Shown piece by piece: positions 25,901 through 34,900 of a stretch of DNA of 64,000 bases. The stretch spans positions 50,716,001-50,780,000 of the forward strand of contig OZ241826.1 in the NCBI GenBank assembly GCA_965202585.1, read 5' to 3'. The notes beneath the pieces are model-generated. The model was given only the letters and a program-made list of their open reading frames with translations. It did not search any database and was not told the DNA's origin. The translations under genes and the position numbers were made by a program. Position 1 is the stretch's first letter. The number at the start of each line of letters is the position of its first letter. The stretch comes from Thalia democratica (taxonomy: Eukaryota).

Positions 25901-28900
25901 AAATATAACTAAAAGCCAAACACCACAAAACTAGACCGATCAACAATAGAAATATGGACTAACAAGTGACCGATTTCGTGTGCAATAGTGAATGCTGCAT
26001 TCAAACCACCGTCTTCAACGATTGCTGCACTGTTGATTCCATTGCACAGTCCTCTGATCTTTGCAATACCTGAACATTTTAAAGTAGCATTCAAGTTTAA
26101 CAAAAAAACTGCGCATTTTTTGTTTGAATTGTGAACTTTATAACACGATGTCTTTAAATAAATATTTTTAAGTTGTATTGAAATAGAATGCTTGTTATGT
26201 AAAGCTTAAAAATTAAATACTTTACCTAGTGTGTCGCAATTGTAGCTGTTGTTTTGTCCACTGGTGCACAAATCTTTTCTGTGATAAAGTTTTAGTAAGT
26301 TTAAATTTTCTTTTCATTAAAGTTCACAGCAGATTTTATTTCTCTTATAATTTAAATAAGTATTGTAAGTTAATAAATAAGCTATTATTATAGCCAAAAA
26401 AAGAACTTTAAAATAAAAATAGAGTTAAAGACACTTAAACTCTATAACAACAAAAGTCTAAATATAATTAATTACATTTACCATGAAAAATATATGCTTA
26501 AACCTTGAAATACTTACACCAGCGCTAAACTCTTCTCTTTACTTTTACTAGGCCTACTTGAAAAAAACACAAAGTTATGACACAATGGAACTACAAATAG
26601 GTTTTATTATTTAATTTACGGCAATAAAACACATGACTCAGCAGACTTCTCTTGTGCACAAAAGTTCAAAGAAATCAAAATATGCTCACTTAAAATATTT
26701 TATTGCTGTTATTCGGTGCACAAGCTTCTTCCACTGTGTACTGTAGTAGTAGCAAGTATACGGCAAGATGTAGGCTTCGAGTAGCAAACAATGTTTGCTT
26801 TTGTGCGGTCGCCGCTTTTTGCCGACGATTTAAATAGCATTCGATTTCCACAAGTCGTAATTATTCGAAATGTGACTTTTTTCGCTCTTTATTTACGGCA
26901 GCCAGGTACAGTTCACCGCTCTTAAATTTTTTCATTGCACAGTTTGTCGTTAAAACGCTTGATTTTGACAAGCCCCCTTTTTTTACAACGTTTTAAACTT
27001 TAAAAAAACAAATTTATAAGCATTGTTCGAGTTTTCAATACTACAATAAAGAAAAAGGTCGAGGAATATTTGAACACCGTAAAGTTGGCAACAAACTTCA
27101 AAGCGCTGAAGTTCCAGCAGCTGAAATTAGGAGACCGCAAAGACTTCCAATTGCAGCCGCACTAATTTCATGTGAATTGTTTACTTAATCCTAAGTCTTA
27201 CTCAAGTACAACTTATATAAATGTTGATACTTGAGTTTCGTTTTCTTATGTTGAGTTATTAAATTAGCATATTTATTGTCACAAAAACTTACTCAATCTT
27301 GTACTGACTTTGTAGATTCAAAATATATATACTACAAATAAAAACTTATAAATAACCTGGTTAAAAAAATTGCAGCATCCCAATGTTCCGGACCAGACAT
27401 TTCGTTTCTTTCGCTTTGCCAACTTCTAAACTTTTGAAGTTGGGTTTCTGCAAAAGGGTACTCGAAAGGTTCATTTTCCTAAATATTAAATAAGTGTCCT
27501 TTTATCTTATAAATAACAAAAGTTCATATCAGCCTACAAGTGTTTGATTCGTAAAGATACTTTTTTAATCATTGTTTATTAAGTGTAACTAAAATTATTA
27601 TGCTTAATTAGTTGCTTACGACTAGTTTTTACTAAAAAATTGTGCGCCCGGCCGCTTTGTGTTGATCTGAGAAAACGCAATTTGGAAGTGCGACGGCTTT
27701 GAGGAAAATTTCGGCCATCCGAGAGCTTTCAATCTCTGTATTGCCCTAGGGTTAAACCACCACCAATGACTGCAAATAGGAAGTGTTTTTACATGGCTCA
27801 GTCCGCAACATATTTTGTCCTTTGTGTTTGATTTCGTGTGTGCGAAGGAGAGCAATGATGAAAAAGATACTTCTCAGCGTGGGATATTATAGATAAAGTA
27901 GGAAGTAAAAAGTCGGTGGTTAGGCACTAAATGTTGCTGGCCGCAACTGTCCGAAGACGTTGTATTTTTTAATTTAAACTGCCATTCTGACTGTTTTTAT
28001 TAATTATCTTTAAATTCAAAGCTAGTTAATAACTATAGGAATTAAAACAAGCAATTTCAAAGTTGAGAGAGATTATTTAATGTACGAGTGAATAAATGAA
28101 ATTAATAACTGGATCAAATACGTTCGCGGGAAACAATTTTTTAAGATTTTATATTTAAGAATAAACATTTTGTAAACATAAATTAAAAAAACAGTTTTTA
28201 TTCGTAATTTATTGAAGTTTTGTGTATTAACTGGTTTAAAAACTAAAAGGTTTACAGTATATAATGTTAAGTGTACGATAGAATTAAATTTTTACTCTAG
28301 TTTTTTTAACTTAGTTTTATTTCCAAAGTATAAGCTGGGTTGAAAAGATGAATAACTGTCATGCCATAGCTTTTATCACTATTTTACTGAAACAACACTC
28401 TAGATAATTAAACAGATAAAAAAAGAATTTTAGGGGCAATTTTTAAACCAAACAACTGTATATCTCATAACGTATTTAAACTTGTTTACTCAAAAAATAA
28501 AGATAAAAACATACCTTTTCAGTTCTTAAGATCATCATTTTTACCACCACAATTTTCACCAAGTTCTCAATGGAAGGATGCCTGTAAATGCTGCTCACCT
28601 GTATTCAAAAAGGTAATTGTGAGATTTTACATTTACAACAGCTCTTGCAGCAGTTAGCTTACTCAGAAAAACCTGGCTTGTACTTAAAATTATATAACAA
28701 AACACATGATGAAATTTCTCGTCTATTTTACATCGACGCGTGAACGTGACTAAAACGAACCCAAAAAAACAATAACAAGAGCTCTGTTAATAAAAAACGG
28801 GTTAGAAACTGTATGTGAGGTTGCTGTGAGCACATCATGCGATGAAATCCCAGCAGTGATGGCTGCAGTGTGCTCTTGTGAGTTGCGTCTGGCGAGGAAA

Positions 28901-31900
28901 CCGCCGTGCAGCCTCATTGTCTCACAAACAAAAAGCCGTCTCTCTGATGTAGTAGAACGATGATGCGCTAAAACTTCCGAGCTTCAAATCGCATTGACAC
29001 CCAGCGTTTTTTTGCTACGCGCTTAACACAAAATTAACGCAAATTACCAGCGATTAAAAATTTAAAGCGGTGACCTGCTCACATGCGCTTCCGCAACTTT
29101 TTAGCACCAGCAAAAACGTTGTATACGTTAAAAATTAATTTTATTCGGTATCCTGTTGCTCGATGCACTTTAAAACTGTATAGATGAAAAACTTTGTACT
29201 TTTGATTCATTAGTTAAAGCTAATTAGGCAAAGCTTAACACTCGTCTAAATGAAAATAACCAGCAAATTTAGTTACATTAAAATGAGACCACCGTTAAAC
29301 CTGATAACTTCAAATTTGTTATTGTAACATCACTTGACACAGGTAATCGCTATGAGAAATAAGCAGTATAATTAACGCTTCAATAACCACACCTCGATAC
29401 TTGCTCAAGTGCGACGAAAAAGTGACGGTCAGAGTGCGAAGAATTGTTGCAATTGACCCTGTATTGCTCTTAATCGATGGGTTATTTAAAGTTTTAAGTA
29501 AACAATAATAAAGTAATCAGAATTTCGATAACCTAGTTTGTTCAGTAACTCCAGGTATTTTAAGTTTTTCATAAACTTTTAAATAGTTATGTTGAGTTTT
29601 TTTTTTTAATATTTGAGTAACTTGGATTTAGTGCTTGTATAAAGTTCTAAAAACTGAAACGAAATATTTTAAAACTTTATAAACTAAAAAAAAAAAAATT
29701 TTAACTTTTAAAACGTGATAGTACTATTTAGATAAGCAACTATAGTTAGATTTCATTTTTATAAATATCTCATCAAAACTAAGTTGTTATCGAAAAAAAA
29801 ATTTAATATAAAAACAAAGTGCGTTGATTATCAAGAAGATCACTTATTAAAAGAAGCCATGGCTTTATTTGTAAACAAATTGATGCTTTGAAACCAAAAA
29901 CCCATAGACGAAACTCATAATGGCAATTTGGGAGATTTTACAGGCGATAATCTACAAGTCTAATCTCGTTACTGTGACTCGCAGTCAGATGAAACTTTTT
30001 AAATTGTTTAAAACTCAGATTGACATCAGAACACACATTAAGCTGGTTTTGAACGTCATTGTTTTAAATATGTGTTAGAAGCGCTTTTGCTGAAGCATAT
30101 ATTTTTATTGGCTTTAAGAAAAGCGTCTGTGAGCCACTTTTTAGCAAACAATGAATAGATAAGAAGTTTGTTCTTTGATGTAGATGTTTATTTAGTCAAC
30201 ATGCAATGACTAAACTGAACCAAGTTGAAATACTGAAACATCTTTAGCAACTTTTCTGCTAAAATCTCTTAAAACTGTGTTATTTTGCACGTCACAGAAA
30301 TTTCTTTGCTCTTGAAATTACTTTGAAGTTTATTTTACATAATATAAGTACAAAAGAACACGTTTCTTTACAGCGTACAGCGAATTTGTTTTAATTATCT
30401 GAGCTACGAATATGCAAAGCTATGTAACATAGTTTGTTATACTCAACATTTATGTAGTTACTTATGATATAATATTAATTTCAAAGTATAAAGCTGTGTT
30501 ATTCCTTGTATAATTGTAGACTGGAACTTGAAATAATTTATTAAATTTAATTTTATTTTAGAATTCAAAGATTTTGTATATCTTATTCTTAATTTTGTTT
30601 TAACTTTTAAATTTGTTTTAAAGTATAATAGAAAATATTAAGAAAAACAACTTTTATTCTAATGTGTTTCATATGGTCATTACAAATTACGACGATTATC
30701 TAAAATTTAATAACTAAAAAAAATTCTCAAAAAAACTGAACAATCAGTAATTTACTAATTGAAAAAGTAGATTATTAAAACAAAACAACATCAATAATTT
30801 TCAAGAACGGGGCTTAATAATTACATTGAAGTTGGAATAATTACGGGTCTATTTTTGTTAGCTTTTATCTTGATACGATTTAAACGTTTCTTTGACTTAA
30901 TGAATTTAAATACGAATAGTTAACTAATTAAAAAATATATTTAAGTTTTTTTTTTGAAACAAAACACACCGTGAGTTTTAACCTATCAACTTGCAATTTT
31001 TTTAAACATGATTGTTTAATGCTTAAAGCTTTTTAATTTTTTATAGAAATATTTTTGATAATTATAAATATTATTTGGTAATAAAAAGATTATCTTTCAT
31101 CAAAATTTATAGTTAGAAAACTATCTACAAACAGAGCTTTTAAAACTAACAATAGCCATCAGAGTTAAAACGTAAGTCTGCGGATCCGTATGATACAAGT
31201 ACATGTGGTAGTCCGCCGTCACCATCACTTCTATCGTCTTCTCCTCGATAGTTTCTCGCTTTTTTCTTTCTTTTGAAGGTTCTGTACTCGACCCGGACAC
31301 AGAGCGAGTTTTGTTAATCGAGTCATTAGCTGTTTGTTCCGTTTTATTTTGCATTGTTACATTTGTCCCTTAAAGTTTTAGATTTTTTTTAATTACCTTA
31401 ATCGTTTAATTTTACAACTTTTCAATGAATAACTGTCTGAAACATATTTAAAGCAAATAATGAATACATTTAAAAACTGTGGATCAAAACTGTATTCAGC
31501 ATCAAAAAAAGAACAAAAACATTAGTTACAAAGAAAAAAGGTGGGAATCGTTAAATTCAAGCAGGTTCGAGCACAAGCGACTTTTGTTTTGAAGTGGTTG
31601 CGTGTTGACACAGTGTGAGCCCAAGCAAGTATTGATCACTCTGACAAACTTTCGTGACATTACTCGACTTAATCCTGGGTGTTTACCCCCAGCCTTGCGG
31701 CCACACGTGAGTTTGAACTCACAGCAGGGTTTATTAAAGAATTCGGATTTTTTTCTCTTTTTGTACAATGGCCTGATTGGTGTACTCTTTGTAGATTAAA
31801 ATACTTTGAGTAATGATTAAACTGTGCATAGTTTGTGTAAATAGTTACAACTGTCTAGGTGGTCTTAAACTAACCTATATACTTTAAAAAATAAGCAGAC

Positions 31901-34900
31901 AACCCTGAATAGCTTTATAAAATCCCTTGGCGTCAAAAAAGTTTTGTCTGATAAAAATACTTAAGTTTTGTTTTGTTGTTCTATATGCTAAAGCATTCAG
32001 TTGTTTGTTATTGCAACAAATCTGTCACTCACAGATTTAAAACAGATTTGCACAGGCGAAATAATGTTAATTTTAAATGCTGAAAATAAGATGTATTTGG
32101 TCTAGTAACACTTTGTAAACCAATTACGGTTAAATAACAAAGTCTTTTACAAGAGTGATTGGCGTAGAAGTTTAACCTTAAGCTTTCGGCAAACATTGTG
32201 AAAACTAAAAGAAGTGAACTTTTTAAATCACCGATAAGCCTGCTGTTTCAGGATTTTTGTACTACCGTACTTATTTAAAATCTGAAATTGTATTGTTTTT
32301 TAGCATTTTGCACTTCCCTTTGAATAGCCGACAACTTTGTTTGTTTCTTGAAGCGTAAAATCAAACGCTGTTGGTATTAGTTAAAATTTTTTGAAAGTAT
32401 AAACTAGCATTTATTTTGTCTTTTAGCATCGTTATTTGTTAACTGTATATTATATATGCTATAAGCAAATTATTTAGGACAAAAATAATTTGTAAAAATG
32501 TATCATGAGGTATTGCTTAATGTAAATTAGAACCACAAAAAAAAATTTAGCTAAACACTTTAAAAAGTATAGTATGTATTGGTTTTTTTCTACCTTTGAA
32601 AAGTTATTTGACTTAAAACAACATTGAAAAGATGTTGCATTTTTTTATTATTTTCTAAAAAATAAAAATAGTAACATAGTAAATTTAGTTTTGAACAGTT
32701 TGTAGTATTTGTTTGTAAAAGTACTAGTTAGTTAATATTTAGTTTACACCTAAATAAAAACAAAAGTAAAAAGAAGTTGTGTGTATTAAAATTTTCTACT
32801 TTCCTTGAAATGAACGTTTTTCATTAACTTGGTAAAGCCTAATGCTTAAATGCTGCTTCTTTTTTAAAATTGCTTTGTATCGACCGGTATAATAGCTTAA
32901 CTTCGAAAAACTACATTTCTTTTTACTGTGCTGTATTTAGTATTGAAACCACAAAGTTGCATTACCTGCTAGCGAAATGCAGCAAACTTGCTAAAACTAA
33001 GCTTATTTTAACAAAACCGATTCCAAAGATTTGTAAAACTATAAGCTTCTATGACGTCATTTTAAATCGCGTGTGCTTTTTTTCAAGTCTTGATGCTTGA
33101 AGGGTAAAGGCGGTCCTATTGTCACTACAATTGCTTAACAACAATGTGTGCCGTGTTAACAATTCCAGTAACACAAAAAAGATCAAATTTTCCGCCCCAA
33201 TCGAGAAAATACCTTGTAAGCTGTTGTTCCGGCGCTCACATGAAAGCAAGTAAAAAAACATCAAAACACTTTACCCCCTTAAATAGTTTTTTTTTCAAAT
33301 AGATAGTTTCAACAGTTTTTGTTGTCATTGGATGTTGTGTTTGTACGTGAAACTCAATAATAAATGTATTTCTTGTCGTAATTTCTACGTACACTACTAT
33401 TGCAGCAACGTTTGAAGAGATTTAATAAGTTCAAGTTCGCTCATTGATTTTAGATAACTTAAGCATAAATGAAGCGTTACAAGTGAAGTTATAGCTTTAA
33501 CAAAAAAAAATCGAAAGCAACATCGTACCGAACATCACAAGTTTTTTTTTGTTTCTGCAATTTATTTTTATTTTTCATTGTGACATGCACGCTGGATTTA
33601 TGCGCAATATAAAGTTCAAAATATAAAGCTTGTCGCTTTTTTTGATGTCAAAACTTACATTTAATTAAAAAGCGTCGCTGTCTTTTATCACCTTTTAAAT
33701 TGCAAGTAAACTTGAACTTTTGTTGCAGTGCCGTAAATTTAATTAATTTCCACTACGCAGAGCACATTGACCTTTTATTCTATTTTTAAACGAAAATACA
33801 GTGTGCTGAAACCTACATATCGTACAAGCCTTGTAAAAACATTGCTTGTGTAATTAATACTTTCCTACCTGTTTTCGTTCCGCAAAACTGCTTTTTGTTG
33901 TCTTCGACTGAAAACAAGTTTTCTCGTTGTCTCCCCGCGCTTCTCCGGTAAACACGATGCTTTTTCGGCGAATGCTCATGAGAACTTTCGTCGTGAGCAG
34001 GCTGGATCAAGTACTCCGAGTCCTCTGAACGAAACGCTCCGAACTGTGTGCATGAAAAGTCAAAGTTAGTCGGACGAAATCGCTTACACTCGCGCGGCAG
34101 CGTTGCTTTGATAGCGCTCGCCGTTTCCGGCAGAGCTGACCGCTCGAGCGCTCAGCAGCGTGCTGATGAAGGAGCGAGCTCACAACTATTTCCATTCCCT
34201 GAATATTAAACTAGTAAACACATCGCTCGCGCTGCTGCCTACAAAAACCAACACCAGGCCGGCATGAGGCACCGGAAGTGAGCGGAGCAAAGAAGAGGCG
34301 GGAAGGCACGAGCGCTCCGGTGTTCTTCTCTGAATTTTCGCTGTTTGTTTTCAAATCACCTCTCCAATCGCCACCCCCACTTCCGACTTCGTACCAAGTT
34401 CATACGAGCGAAAATTAGCTCTTAGCTTCTTAGATAAAATTATTTAATCAACACCGTGCGTTATTCAGGCTTTAAAAGATTGAATCTTAACTCAGTGTTT
34501 TTTTACTAATGGCAATATTTAACAAAAGAAAAATCAGTTAAAGATTATGAACCTTTAAGTTAACTACACTTGTATTATTGTTAAAATTATTTGTTTCTAT
34601 TTTTTAAATTAAAATAATTTTTGGATATAAGTTCTTTTCGGATAGTATTTACTTTCATTGCTCTTAACCAAAGTTAACAAAGAACAACCTACAATAATAA
34701 AAAAACTAAAACAGTTTTGAAGTTCTTGTTTATCATTATTACTTTTCGAAATTAAGTTAATTTGATAGAATAAATTTTTTTGAACTAGCAGTGAAACTAT
34801 TCTTAAGTTGCTTTATAAAAGATTTTATTTATTTGTAGACTAAAAGTCGTAAAAAAGCATCTATACAGTGTAAAAAAAATATTAACTTACCAGTCCATTG

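Noticed and set aside
32033-32079. 47-nt exon-like segment in intron 3 (TTTTCAG ... GTGAGT)
   Set aside because: Breaks the frame and has intron-like composition. Kept only as a reminder that splice-site pairs arise by chance.
34163-34169. Hammerhead ribozyme core CTGATGA (also at 52353)
   Set aside because: No correctly placed GAAA core or flanking helices seen
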